Assembly (NCBI GenBank): GCA_009773185.1
Contig: WPIF01000017.1
Location: 1-60,745, forward strand
DNA from: Nitrospirota bacterium
GTDB lineage: Bacteria; Nitrospirota; Thermodesulfovibrionia; Thermodesulfovibrionales; UBA1546
Direction: 5' to 3'
DNA: 60,745 bases
Numbering within the stretch: the stretch's first letter is position 1; every line of letters starts with the position of its first letter. The notes under the pieces were generated by a model. That model had not been told where the DNA came from. It searched no databases and saw only the letters and a program-made list of their open reading frames with translations. Below are positions 34,797 through 44,109 of this stretch, piece by piece. The translations under genes were made by a program, and so were the position numbers.

Positions 34797-36182
34797 ATGG
34801 CTAAGAAATATTGGGAAACATATTTTGATGCACTGAGGAAACAGGACTGGGAAAAGGCGATGCAGTCCCTTAACTCTGTCCTGAAAGATGAACCAAAAAA
34901 TTCTCAGGTGCATCTCAAGATCGGGGACATTTTTCAGAAGGCAGGAGATGTGAGCAATGCAATTGGTGCCTATCACCAATCTGCATGGCTTCTTGTGAAT
35001 GAGGGTTTTTTACAGAAAGCTCTTGCTATCTATAAGATAATCCTGAGGCTTGATCCCGAGAACGCTGAGGCCATCAATAAATCTAAAGATTTGCTTATGG
35101 AACTTGAGAGTTCAAGGATGAAACCGGCGCCCGCGCCCCCTTCTTTCGAACCTATAGTTGAGGAAAAACCCGAACAACTGGTTGTATCCGGATTTGAGCC
35201 TTCTTTTGAAACAGGTTTTGAACCTGGAGCTGAACAGGTCGCAGACTCGACTCTACAGGATGTTGGAGTAGAGCCGCCTGCAGGGATAGCGGATTTTCCG
35301 GAAGTGCCATCGATTGAAGGTACAGTCGAGCCTGTTGCCGGGGAGGAATTAAGCTTTCCTGCTGTACCTGGTTTTGAGATGGAAATCGGGCAAAATGTTG
35401 AAAAAGAGCCAACAGCGGATCTGGAGGGTTTTCCCGAAGTGCCGTCGTTTGAGAGCACAACTGAAGCCGGTGCCGGCAGGGAATTAGATTTTCCTGTGGA
35501 ACCGGGTTTTGAAGCGGAAACCCAAAGAGATATTGAAACCGAGGCTTCTGAAAAAATAGATGATTTATTTAAAGCGCCATCTTATGAGGGCGAAGCAGAG
35601 CCTTCACCGGAAAAAATGGACGATTTTTTTGCCGGTACAGCTTTTGATGAAGAGCCGTTAGTAGACGGCGTGCCTTCGCTTGAAACACAGGAGCCTGCGG
35701 AATTTGAAGGGCAAACTGAACCAGCAGCATCGGATGTTTTTTTAAACGGAGGAGAGCCTGTTTCCCGTATTCCTGAATTTTTGTCATCTCTGCCTGAAGC
35801 TGAGGCGAGAGAGTTGGTCATCAGAATAAAATCACAGTTATTCTCGCCCGGGCAGAGGATAATTGAAGAGGGAGATTCAGGAGATTCAATCTTTCTTATT
35901 AAGTCAGGGAATGCAAGCGTTGTTACGCATATTCTTGGTAAAGAGATAGAACTTGCAACGCTCTCCGTTGGCGATGTATTTGGTGAAGTGGCGTTTCTTA
36001 CCGGGAGGCCGAGAACTGCTTCGGTAATAGCAATTGATAAACTTGAGCTTATAGAATTTGACAGGGTTATTCTTGAAGAAATGTTTGAAAAATATCCTGA
36101 TATATTGAAAAAAATTCAGGATTTTTATCAGTCCCATGTTCAGGATACCATCCAGAAGGTTAAGGGCAGAATAAAAAAATAG
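34797..36182 (+). CDS. TPR-like N-domain + acidic FPEVPS/FE repeats + C-terminal cyclic-nucleotide-binding domain protein
   Basis: 461 aa. cNMP-binding signature 'GDSGDSIFLIKSGNASV...FGEVAFLTGRPRTASVIA'. The central region has repeated (G)FPEVPS(F/I)E(G/S)T...EL(S/D)FP...PGFE units. Confidence 0.6.
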   Translation: MAKKYWETYFDALRKQDWEKAMQSLNSVLKDEPKNSQVHLKIGDIFQKAGDVSNAIGAYHQSAWLLVNEGFLQKALAIYKIILRLDPENAEAINKSKDLLMELESSRMKPAPAPPSFEPIVEEKPEQLVVSGFEPSFETGFEPGAEQVADSTLQDVGVEPPAGIADFPEVPSIEGTVEPVAGEELSFPAVPGFEMEIGQNVEKEPTADLEGFPEVPSFESTTEAGAGRELDFPVEPGFEAETQRDIETEASEKIDDLFKAPSYEGEAEPSPEKMDDFFAGTAFDEEPLVDGVPSLETQEPAEFEGQTEPAASDVFLNGGEPVSRIPEFLSSLPEAEARELVIRIKSQLFSPGQRIIEEGDSGDSIFLIKSGNASVVTHILGKEIELATLSVGDVFGEVAFLTGRPRTASVIAIDKLELIEFDRVILEEMFEKYPDILKKIQDFYQSHVQDTIQKVKGRIKK

Positions 36183-36212
36183 GGCACTAAAGATTTAGCG
36201 CCCTATTTTTTA
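36182..36212. terminator. bidirectional rho-independent terminator
   Basis: The hairpin GGGCaCTAAAgaTTTAGcGCCC is followed by TATTTTTTA. It sits between convergent genes. Confidence 0.45.
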
Positions 36213-36221
36213 GAAATAACA

Positions 36222-36608
36222 TTATTTCTTCTCTGCTGGTTTTGCAGGTTTTGTCTCAGCCTTTTTTTCTGCTGGAGCCTTCTTTACAGATTTTGCAGTA
36301 TTTTTGCCGTCTGCTGTAGCGTATTTTACTGTTACCTTGTCTCCGGCCTTAACATCTGCAAGTGCCTTGTCATCAACAGTTATGACAACATCGCCCTTTT
36401 TACCTTTTACGGTAATGGTCTTTGTTGCTGCATCAACTGCTGCGATCTCACCTGTAACCTGCACTATCTTTGCTGCAACCTTCTTTTCAGCCTTTGCCGG
36501 CTCAGCCTTTTTTTCTGCTGCCGGAGCAGCCTTATCTGCTGCAAAAGATACTGAACCAACTGCAAAGACAAAGAGTACTGCAACTATAAGTGCTATTATC
36601 TTCTTCAT
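36222..36608 (-). CDS. small secreted Lys/Ala-rich protein, possible target of the adjacent sigma54 two-component system
   Basis: 128 aa. Signal peptide (…SVSFA), a central beta-rich module 'IVQVTGEIAAVDAATKTITVKGKKGDVVITVDDKALADVKAGDKVTVKY', and KK-rich termini. Confidence 0.5.
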   Translation of the reverse strand: MKKIIALIVAVLFVFAVGSVSFAADKAAPAAEKKAEPAKAEKKVAAKIVQVTGEIAAVDAATKTITVKGKKGDVVITVDDKALADVKAGDKVTVKYATADGKNTAKSVKKAPAEKKAETKPAKPAEKK

Positions 36609-36655
36609 AAAATCACCTCCTTCAACTATATTTTGTGTTGTAGTTGTCAGTGACT

Positions 36656-36671
36656 ATACAAATATCATGCC
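36656..36671 (-). promoter_or_regulatory. candidate sigma54 (-24/-12) promoter TGGCATGATATTTGTA
   Basis: The minus strand reads TGGCAT-N5-TTGTA (consensus TGGCAC-N5-TTGCA), about 50 nt upstream of the 36608 start. It lies downstream of an NtrC-type activator gene. Confidence 0.4.
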
Positions 36672-36721
36672 ATCAGTAAACATGCGTGAGAGATAGATAT
36701 TGCAGGGAATCAATGTCCTTT

Positions 36722-38101
36722 TCAGGAAGGGTCTTCCTTTTTTGAGGAAGTGTCGGCGCCTATTTTTTCCCATCTGTACCAGAAGGTTTTATAACTCATG
36801 CCGAGCAATCTTGCAGCTTTTGCAGCAACATTGTTGGCCTTGGACATTGCTTTTTTCAAAAGTTCTTTTTCGAATTCATCGAAATTTATTCCCTCGTCAG
36901 GTATATCAATGCCAATGATATTAGACGTCCCGGACAATCTGAGTTCGCCTTTTATATCTTTTAGTGTTATTGAATTTGAATCGCACATGAGAACAGCTTT
37001 TTCTATAGCTGATTCAAGCTGCCTTATGTTACCGGGCCAGTGATATTCGATGAGTGCCTTCATGGCGCCGTTATCTATCTCTTTTATTCTTTTTCCGAAT
37101 TCCTGGTTATATTTACTGATAAAATATTCAACCAGTTCTGGTATATCCTCTTTACGGCCTCTGAGCGGCGGAAGTTCTATCCTTATAACATTGAGCCTGT
37201 AATAGAGGTCTTCCCTGAATGTTCCCTTTTTAATTTCTTTTTCAATATCTTTATTTGTGGCGGCAATAATTCTTACATCCACTTTTATGGCGTCTCTTCC
37301 GCCAAGCCTTCTTAACTCTTTTTCCTGAAGCACCCGCAATATTTTCGACTGGGTCATCTGGGGCAGGTCACCGATCTCATCGAGGAATAATGTGCCGCCT
37401 GTTGTTGCTTCAAACAGCCCTATCTTCCTGGACGCGGCGCCTGTAAATGCCCCTACTTCATATCCGAACAGTTCGCTCTCAAGCAGATTCTCAGGAATTG
37501 CAGCACAGTTAAGGGCAGTGAAAGGTTTTGTGCGCCTTGGACTGTTATAGTGTATGGCCCTTGCAGCAAGTTCTTTGCCTGTCCCGCTTTCTCCAAGTAT
37601 GAGTATGGTGGCGGGGCTGGCAGATACTTTTTTCATGATAACTACTGCCTCTGTCATTTTTTTGGAATGGCCGATAATGCCTTCTATTTTGAACTTGTCA
37701 AACAAGGCCTTCTGAAGCTGCAGGTTTTCTTTCAGCAGTTCAGTTCTTTCCAATGCTTTTTTGACAGTTATCAGGAGTACGTCTTTATCAAGAGGCTTGG
37801 TGAGATAATCAAGGGCGCCTTTTTTCATGGCCTCAACTGCTGACGATACAGTTCCGTAAGCAGTCATGATAATAACAGCAGGGGCAAGATGTTCCCTCTG
37901 CACTTCGCCGAGAAGCTCTACCCCATCCATCTCTCCCAACTTCAGGTCGGTGAGGATTACATCGGGATTGAATGTCTTTGCAAGCCTTACTGCCTCTTCA
38001 CCTGAAGACGCTGTATAAGTCTCATAGCCGCTGTCTTCAAGAATAGTTTTTAATATGCCTCTCTGCAGAGGTTCATCATCAACAACGAGTATTCCCGGCA
38101 C
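36722..38101 (-). CDS. sigma54-dependent response regulator (NtrC family)
   Basis: 459 aa. REC domain with D-box ('VILTDLKL'), AAA+ 'GESGTGKE', 'GAFTGA' and a C-terminal Fis-type HTH. Confidence 0.85.
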   Translation of the reverse strand: MPGILVVDDEPLQRGILKTILEDSGYETYTASSGEEAVRLAKTFNPDVILTDLKLGEMDGVELLGEVQREHLAPAVIIMTAYGTVSSAVEAMKKGALDYLTKPLDKDVLLITVKKALERTELLKENLQLQKALFDKFKIEGIIGHSKKMTEAVVIMKKVSASPATILILGESGTGKELAARAIHYNSPRRTKPFTALNCAAIPENLLESELFGYEVGAFTGAASRKIGLFEATTGGTLFLDEIGDLPQMTQSKILRVLQEKELRRLGGRDAIKVDVRIIAATNKDIEKEIKKGTFREDLYYRLNVIRIELPPLRGRKEDIPELVEYFISKYNQEFGKRIKEIDNGAMKALIEYHWPGNIRQLESAIEKAVLMCDSNSITLKDIKGELRLSGTSNIIGIDIPDEGINFDEFEKELLKKAMSKANNVAAKAARLLGMSYKTFWYRWEKIGADTSSKKEDPS

Positions 38102-39559
38102 TTATCCTCCTTTAACTGCTGCAACTGCTGTCTGTTGAATGGGGAGGGCAATCTTTACCTCGCTTCCCTTTCTGACAACGCTGTGAAGACTTACTTTCCC
38201 CCCGTGTTCTTCAACTACCCGCCTGGTCAGTGCAAGCCCGATTCCAAGGCCGTTCTTCTTTGTGGTGAAAAACGGGTCAAAGACCTTTGAGAGGTCATCA
38301 TTTGCAACTCCTATGCCTGTATCGCTGATGTATATCGAAACAATTCCGTCTTTTGCCCCTGTCTTTATAGTCAATGTGCCGCCATCAGGCATTGCCTGAA
38401 ATGCATTCAATATAACATTAAATATGCATGTCTTTATGAGTTCCGGGTCTATATTCAGCACAGGAAGTGTCCCATATTCTTTTACTATATTTATTTTTTC
38501 TGCCTCGGCCTTTGCCCATATTATTCCAATTATATCCTCAAGGAGCTTGTCAATATCCACTTCCTGCAGATTAAGCCTCATGGGTTTTCCATAATCAAGA
38601 AAATCCTCTACCAGCCTGTTCAACCTCTGGATCTCCTGTTTTATGCTTGATATAAGGGCCCCGAATTTTTCTGCGCTTTCTTTATTCCCGTCAGGGACGT
38701 ATTTTTCTTTTATATGGTCTACGCTAAGGCTTATAAAGTTCAGCGGATTTCTTATCTCATGCGCCATGCTTCTTGAAAGCTGGCCTATGCCGGAGAGATG
38801 TTCAGCCTCGCGTAATTTTTCCTCAAGTTTACGTTGTTCGCGCAATTTTTGAACCATAAAATTAAAACTCTGCGTAAGCTCTCCTATCTCGTCTTTCTGC
38901 TTAGTGGTAAGGTTCTGGCTCAGATCGCCTGCGGCGACCCTTTTTGCGGCAGAAACAACGTCATGTATGGGCCGTGTATATCTCCAGGAAAGGAACATGG
39001 CTATGCCAATGCCGAGTGCAAAAACCACGAGGCTGCCTATTATCCTTTTTATCATATTTATACGCATGACCTTTGTGAAATCATCTGTATTAATCCTGAG
39101 GTGGATATACCCGTGATGTTCCTGACCGGCTATAACCGGCACTATGACATTGTATACCTTGCCTTCTTCTTTCGAAACAGACTCGCCAAGCTCTGCCTTT
39201 ATGATAAGTTCTTTTTTCTTCGGGCCTACAGGATTGCCGACCTTTGTGAGGTTTGTGCTTGCAATTATTTCATCTGCATTATTGATTATCGAGATCTCCT
39301 TTACCCCTTTAGTATTCAGGCCCTTAAGGTACTGATAAAGCCGCATCTCATCCGTAGAACCCTGGCTCGTTATTTCTTCAACGCCGACCTGTATGGCTTT
39401 TGAGAGTTCAACAATCTGTGATTCAAACTCCTTGAACATTGCTTTTTCGGATTGAGAATATAAGGCCATAAGGATTGACGTCAGGACAAAGCTGAGGAAC
39501 AGCATCATCAGTATAAGTTTTTTATTCAGCGAGAGGCTCCGGAAAAAGTCTTTCAACAT
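38102..39559 (-). CDS. sensor histidine kinase
   Basis: 485 aa. N-terminal TM, a periplasmic segment and a second TM. H-box 'MAHEIRNPLNFISL', and an HATPase_c region with N, G1 and G2 boxes (N-box 'FNVILNAFQAM', G1-like 'ISDTGIGV', G2 'GLGIGLALTRR'). Confidence 0.8.
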   Translation of the reverse strand: MLKDFFRSLSLNKKLILMMLFLSFVLTSILMALYSQSEKAMFKEFESQIVELSKAIQVGVEEITSQGSTDEMRLYQYLKGLNTKGVKEISIINNADEIIASTNLTKVGNPVGPKKKELIIKAELGESVSKEEGKVYNVIVPVIAGQEHHGYIHLRINTDDFTKVMRINMIKRIIGSLVVFALGIGIAMFLSWRYTRPIHDVVSAAKRVAAGDLSQNLTTKQKDEIGELTQSFNFMVQKLREQRKLEEKLREAEHLSGIGQLSRSMAHEIRNPLNFISLSVDHIKEKYVPDGNKESAEKFGALISSIKQEIQRLNRLVEDFLDYGKPMRLNLQEVDIDKLLEDIIGIIWAKAEAEKINIVKEYGTLPVLNIDPELIKTCIFNVILNAFQAMPDGGTLTIKTGAKDGIVSIYISDTGIGVANDDLSKVFDPFFTTKKNGLGIGLALTRRVVEEHGGKVSLHSVVRKGSEVKIALPIQQTAVAAVKGG

Positions 39560-39659
39560 GTTTTTAGCTTATCAGGTATAGAAATTGGAAATCAAGCAAC
39601 GCTTGCTTGATGCCCGGTATTATTATGTGATATAGTGCCAGATAAATCATAAAGGAGAA

Positions 39660-40316
39660 GTGGACATGGGAAAAGAAGAGACGCTTAAGGCAAAGCTGGT
39701 TCAATCAGTTATAAATTATGTCAGGGCAAGTCATGAGGCTGCCATTGATAAGGCGTATGAATATTTCTGGGATGAAAAAGACCCGGAAGAGTTTCTTAAA
39801 GGCACTGCGCTTGCTCTCGGGTTCATAAATTTTGAGGACTGGCTTGTATTTGACTATAAGGCAAATGAAGCCAAAGAGATTTTTTTAGATATATATGCCG
39901 CTTGCAATAAAGAATTGAAAGATGAGGAGCTTGCGCTTCTGAATAAAATCAGGTGTTCTTTAATAAGCCTTTATGAGGTTGCGTCTGTCTCCAGGGATAA
40001 AAAGATCATCCTCAAAGACCTGCTCCTCGGCGGAGAATTTGTTTTAAGAGAGAAGGCTATGACAAGAGGCTTAAAAAAGGGCGACATATTTGCAACAAGG
40101 CTGTTAACGCTGGATGGCAAGTCTGTTATGAGCGGGTGTGTTTATCCGTATAAGGCAGGAGATAAGCAGCTGGTTCTTGGATATATAGAGAGGATGTTCA
40201 AGAGGTATAAAAAGAATGAAAACCCCGAAGGCAGTATGGAAAACTTCCTGAAAGATTACGGGGATACTTTTAATGTGGTCTGGATGAATATAATTCTTAA
40301 TCAGACGGAGACGTAA
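39660..40316 (+). CDS. hypothetical protein
   Basis: 218 aa, soluble, no recognised motif. Immediately upstream of the caspase array. Confidence 0.4.
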   Translation: MDMGKEETLKAKLVQSVINYVRASHEAAIDKAYEYFWDEKDPEEFLKGTALALGFINFEDWLVFDYKANEAKEIFLDIYAACNKELKDEELALLNKIRCSLISLYEVASVSRDKKIILKDLLLGGEFVLREKAMTRGLKKGDIFATRLLTLDGKSVMSGCVYPYKAGDKQLVLGYIERMFKRYKKNENPEGSMENFLKDYGDTFNVVWMNIILNQTET

Positions 40317-40421
40317 AAGGCAACAGAAGCCCGCTGAACTCAGGTTTGGCTGTATATGGGAAACCTCTTGCGTAAGTGTTATAGTAAAGATATTATTAAC
40401 ATTCAGGCAAAAGGAGCAATC

Positions 40422-41885
40422 ATGAATATCAAAAAGTATTTGCTCGGTTTGACTTTATGCTTGTTTTTTATGGTTAGCGGCTGCGCTATTGCTCTTGGCC
40501 CTCAAGCAGTTGACCTGAAGGAATCCCAGAGGCCGCCTGTCCTCAGGCTTGAGCAGGTCAGCGAGCAGAAGAGCGGGAGTGGGAGTGAGGAATGGCCGGG
40601 ATTCCGCGACCTTCTGATAAGAGCGCTGAACCAGCCTCCAGCCTCCAGTATCTTCACGAAGGACAGCTCCGGCTTGGCCCTGAAGATTGAGCTCAAATCC
40701 TCCCATGAGAGCGACACGTCCCGGCTCATCGGGCTGGGGCTCCTCAGCATGGGAACACTGGGGATCCTTCCTCTTCATTACCACTCGGACTGGCCGGTCA
40801 AGGGCGATGTCACGATATATTCGGGGGATGGGAAGGTGCAGGGCCAGTACCATGTCCAATCGACGGGAACCTATGACATCCAGGCGTACCCGCTCACGAT
40901 GTTTACCCTGTTCGGGGCAAGCTTTCAGGGGGACGCTGACGCCAAAGAGATACTCCAACGGACGGCCAATGACATCGTATCTCAGATTATGAGGGCGGTT
41001 GATTCCGACTATGAAAAGCTTGCTGTAGTTTATCGTTCCCAGATGCTGGCAAAGGCGGAACAATCGGTGGTGGAAGCGTCATCCAGGGATGAACTGCGCA
41101 TTATAAAATCTGATGTGGACGATATACCTGCGGCAAAAGCAAAGATAAATAGTAATAAATCATATGCCATTGTTATCGGAATCGAACGGTACCGTCAGAA
41201 GCTTCCGAGGGCCGACTTCGCAACGCATGATGCCCAGACAGTGACTGACTATTTAACCAAGGTGCTTGGATATCCCGAAGAAAATGTAATTACATTATTA
41301 AATGATAGGGCTCTAAAAAGTGATTTTGAAAAATATTTTGAGAAGTGGCTTATGAATAATGTAGAGAAGGAAGGCACCGTGTTTGTGTATTACTCAGGCC
41401 ACGGCGCTCCGGACCCCAGGACAGGCAGCGCCTATCTTGTGCCCTATGACGGCGACCCTTCATTTATTGACCAGACAGGGTATTCTTTGAAGAGGATGTA
41501 CGAAGCCCTCGGAAGGCTTCAGGCAAAAGAGATTATCGTTGCGCTTGATTCCTGTTTCTCAGGCGCAGGCGGGAAGTCTGTGCTTGCAAAAGGCGCAAGG
41601 CCTCTGGTTATGAACCTTGAACAGGACATAAAGCTTTCAAAGAACATGACTGTCATGTCTGCCTCGTCAGGCGACCAGATCAGTTCAACCTATGACGAGA
41701 AGGGACATGGCTTATTCACTTACTTCATGCTCAAGGGGATTAAGAACGAAGACGTTGTCAAGCAGGATGGTTCTCTGGATATCAGTGAACTGCATTCCTA
41801 CCTTAAATCCCAGGTGGAGCGCATTGCCAGAAAGCAGTACAATAACGAACAGACTCCGCAGCTGATTGTGCCGAAGAAGAATTAG
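40422..41885 (+). CDS. lipoprotein with C-terminal caspase-like (peptidase C14) domain
   Basis: Lipobox MVSGC. Caspase His 'VYYSGHG' and Cys 'DSCFSGAGG'. C-terminal 'QYNNEQTPQL'. A conserved in-frame leader starts at 40356. Confidence 0.7.
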   Translation: MNIKKYLLGLTLCLFFMVSGCAIALGPQAVDLKESQRPPVLRLEQVSEQKSGSGSEEWPGFRDLLIRALNQPPASSIFTKDSSGLALKIELKSSHESDTSRLIGLGLLSMGTLGILPLHYHSDWPVKGDVTIYSGDGKVQGQYHVQSTGTYDIQAYPLTMFTLFGASFQGDADAKEILQRTANDIVSQIMRAVDSDYEKLAVVYRSQMLAKAEQSVVEASSRDELRIIKSDVDDIPAAKAKINSNKSYAIVIGIERYRQKLPRADFATHDAQTVTDYLTKVLGYPEENVITLLNDRALKSDFEKYFEKWLMNNVEKEGTVFVYYSGHGAPDPRTGSAYLVPYDGDPSFIDQTGYSLKRMYEALGRLQAKEIIVALDSCFSGAGGKSVLAKGARPLVMNLEQDIKLSKNMTVMSASSGDQISSTYDEKGHGLFTYFMLKGIKNEDVVKQDGSLDISELHSYLKSQVERIARKQYNNEQTPQLIVPKKN

Positions 41886-41937
41886 AAATGCGAAGATTAG
41901 AGGAAGAAGGGCGATAGGTTTTTATGAGAGGTGGGTT

Positions 41938-43422
41938 GTGAAAAGGCATAATTTTATTTCTTTAATCAGCATAATCTTTATCCTGCTTGCGGGTATGGCT
42001 ATGGTAGGCTGTGCGACACCGTTAATAAATGCTGTAGAGCGCGGGGATATCGATGAGGTTAAAAAACTGCTCGAAACTGGCGCTGATCCTAATGCATCCG
42101 CGGACATGAGTCCCTTAAATATTGCGGCAAGTCGCGGAGACATTAACATGGTTAGGATTCTGCTCGATAAAGGGGCTAATCTCCATGCCGGGGTTTTCCC
42201 TCCCATTAGGTTTGCAGTAAAGGGAAGCAACTATGAGGTTGTGAAATTACTGTTAGACAAGGGTGCTGACCCAAATAGTTCAGGGACTTTTGGTTGCGGC
42301 TATGAACAGCTTTTAGTAGAAGCTGCGGGAATGATAGGAAAAGGCAGCATTAAAATCGTAGATTTGCTAATTGAGAGAGGTGCCAATTTTGATGTCGCTT
42401 TGTCATACTGTGAACGGCACTCAAGTGATTTCATGTGTGGTTCCAATTATGCTAAATGTTATGCGACATTGAAGCAGATTAAGACGAAACGGGATGAAAT
42501 AGCAAGACAAGAAGAAAAAGAACAGAAACTTACAAAAGCCAAAGAAATAGAAGCGAATAAGGCAAAAGAGATGAAAGAGATAATTAAAGAAGTCGTTGCT
42601 GAAACAGCTAAGACCCAAAAGCAAGCAGCCCGGCCTTCTTCTGTCCAGTCCGACATAGAAAAACCATCGTTTACTCCTGCAGAAAAAATTATCAGCGATA
42701 ACGACCTCGCTGTCATCATTGGCATAGAAGGCTATCAAAGTCTGCCAAAGTCCGATTATTCTTATGACGATGCAAAGCTTGTTAAAGACTATATCAAGGC
42801 TCTTGGTTTTAAAGAAAGGAATATCGAACTTATTACTGATGAAAAGGCAACGCTTTCCAGTATAACCAAAACCCTGGAGGCATGGCTGAAAAACAAGGCA
42901 AAGAATGATAGTAAAGTATTTGTATACTATTCAGGGCATGGCTCGCCTGACCCGGCAACAGGAGAGGCATATCTTGTGCCGTATGACGGAGACCCGAATT
43001 ATCTTGCTGTGACTGGTTATCCTTTAAAGAGGCTCTATGACAACCTCGGCAAGCTGCAAGTCGCTGAGGTTACGGTAGTGCTTGATGCTTGTTTTTCAGG
43101 CGCTGGAGGAAGGAGCGTTCTTGCGCAGGGAGCAAGGCCGTTAGTAATGGTGGCAGATATTAAAACAATTCCATCCAATATGGCTATCCTCTCAGCAACG
43201 CAGGGTTCTCAGATAAGCACATCATCTTCTGAAAAAGGACATGGGGTTTTCACTTATTATTTTTTGAAAGCTTTGAAAGGCGGAAAGAAGACAATCGCAG
43301 AGATTTACGAATATATAAAACCGCTTGTGGAAGATGATGCAAAACAGTTGAATGTCCAGCAGAGCCCGAGCATAAGCCCGGATGTTGAGAAATTGAAGGG
43401 AAGGTTTGAGTTGAGGAAATAA
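41938..43422 (+). CDS. ankyrin-repeat lipoprotein with C-terminal caspase-like domain
   Basis: Probable GTG start (VKRHNFISLIS...MVGC lipobox). Ankyrin repeats ('GADPNAS...LNIAASRGDINMVRILLDKGANLHA'). Caspase dyad 'YYSGHG' / 'DACFSGAGG'. C-terminal 'QQSPSISPDVEKLKGRFELRK'. Confidence 0.7.
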   Translation: MKRHNFISLISIIFILLAGMAMVGCATPLINAVERGDIDEVKKLLETGADPNASADMSPLNIAASRGDINMVRILLDKGANLHAGVFPPIRFAVKGSNYEVVKLLLDKGADPNSSGTFGCGYEQLLVEAAGMIGKGSIKIVDLLIERGANFDVALSYCERHSSDFMCGSNYAKCYATLKQIKTKRDEIARQEEKEQKLTKAKEIEANKAKEMKEIIKEVVAETAKTQKQAARPSSVQSDIEKPSFTPAEKIISDNDLAVIIGIEGYQSLPKSDYSYDDAKLVKDYIKALGFKERNIELITDEKATLSSITKTLEAWLKNKAKNDSKVFVYYSGHGSPDPATGEAYLVPYDGDPNYLAVTGYPLKRLYDNLGKLQVAEVTVVLDACFSGAGGRSVLAQGARPLVMVADIKTIPSNMAILSATQGSQISTSSSEKGHGVFTYYFLKALKGGKKTIAEIYEYIKPLVEDDAKQLNVQQSPSISPDVEKLKGRFELRK

Positions 43423-43427
43423 AACAA

Positions 43428-43922
43428 ATGCTTGATTATCTTGCTATATTCAAAAAATTGAACGAAAAAAAGATTCGGTATCTAGTAGTTGGAGGGATTG
43501 CTGTTAATCTGCATGGTATCCCGAGGATGACGTACGACGTAGACCTGATTCTTGATCTTGAAGATGAAAACATAAAGGAGTTTTTGCAATTATTAAAGGG
43601 ATGGGGATTTAAACCCAAGATTCCTGTGGATATTATGGATTTTGCAAAAAAAGAAATCAGGGAAAGCTGGATAAAAAATAAGAATATGAAGGCATTTAAT
43701 CTTGTAAACACTGAATGGGCAATCTCAGAAATAGATATTGTAATAGATTCACCTGTTGACTATAAGAAGGGGCATAAGAGGATGAAACATATTATGCTTC
43801 ATGATGTTTCTATCCCCGTAATATCCATTGATGACCTTATAAAAATGAAACATATTACAGAGAGGCAGCAGGATGAGGCAGATATAAGATACTTAAGGAA
43901 ACTGAAAAATGCGAAAAAGTAA
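43428..43922 (+). CDS. nucleotidyltransferase-fold protein (MNT-like)
   Basis: 164 aa. 'YLVVGGIAVNLHGIPRMTYDVDLIL' is the minimal-NTase G-x...D-x-D signature. No HepT partner seen. Confidence 0.55.
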   Translation: MLDYLAIFKKLNEKKIRYLVVGGIAVNLHGIPRMTYDVDLILDLEDENIKEFLQLLKGWGFKPKIPVDIMDFAKKEIRESWIKNKNMKAFNLVNTEWAISEIDIVIDSPVDYKKGHKRMKHIMLHDVSIPVISIDDLIKMKHITERQQDEADIRYLRKLKNAKK

Positions 43923-44109
43923 AACACAGGGCTTTGACTACTATTTAAGCAAAGAGGCAATAGAGCGGTATAGGGAGAAGCCCCCTGAACTCAGGCTTAA
44001 ATGGCTGTATATGGGGAACCTCTTGCGTAAGGGGTACAGCAAGGATGTTATTAAGATTCAGGATAAATTCAGGGAAGGGAAGTAAGTAATGATTTCAGGC
44101 GGTGGGGTT

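Noticed and set aside
35030-35460. 142-aa and 102-aa minus-strand ORFs inside the TPR/cNMP gene
   Set aside because: They lie antisense to the acidic tandem-repeat region. Their low-complexity S/G/P-rich translations are the mirror image of the repeats, and there is no RBS or independent start context.
36304-36696. 130-aa plus-strand ORF opposite the K/A-rich secreted protein gene
   Set aside because: It is an antisense artefact of a low-complexity (Ala/Lys codon) region. The minus-strand gene has a signal peptide, an RBS and a plausible sigma54 promoter.
41866-41937. Upstream extension (MCRRRIRNAKIRGRR...) of the second caspase ORF
   Set aside because: It overlaps the previous gene's end and has no RBS. 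Paralog comparison (GGTGGGGTT-ATG-AAA) indicates the real start is the GTG at 41938, preceded by the conserved GGTGGG Shine-Dalgarno.
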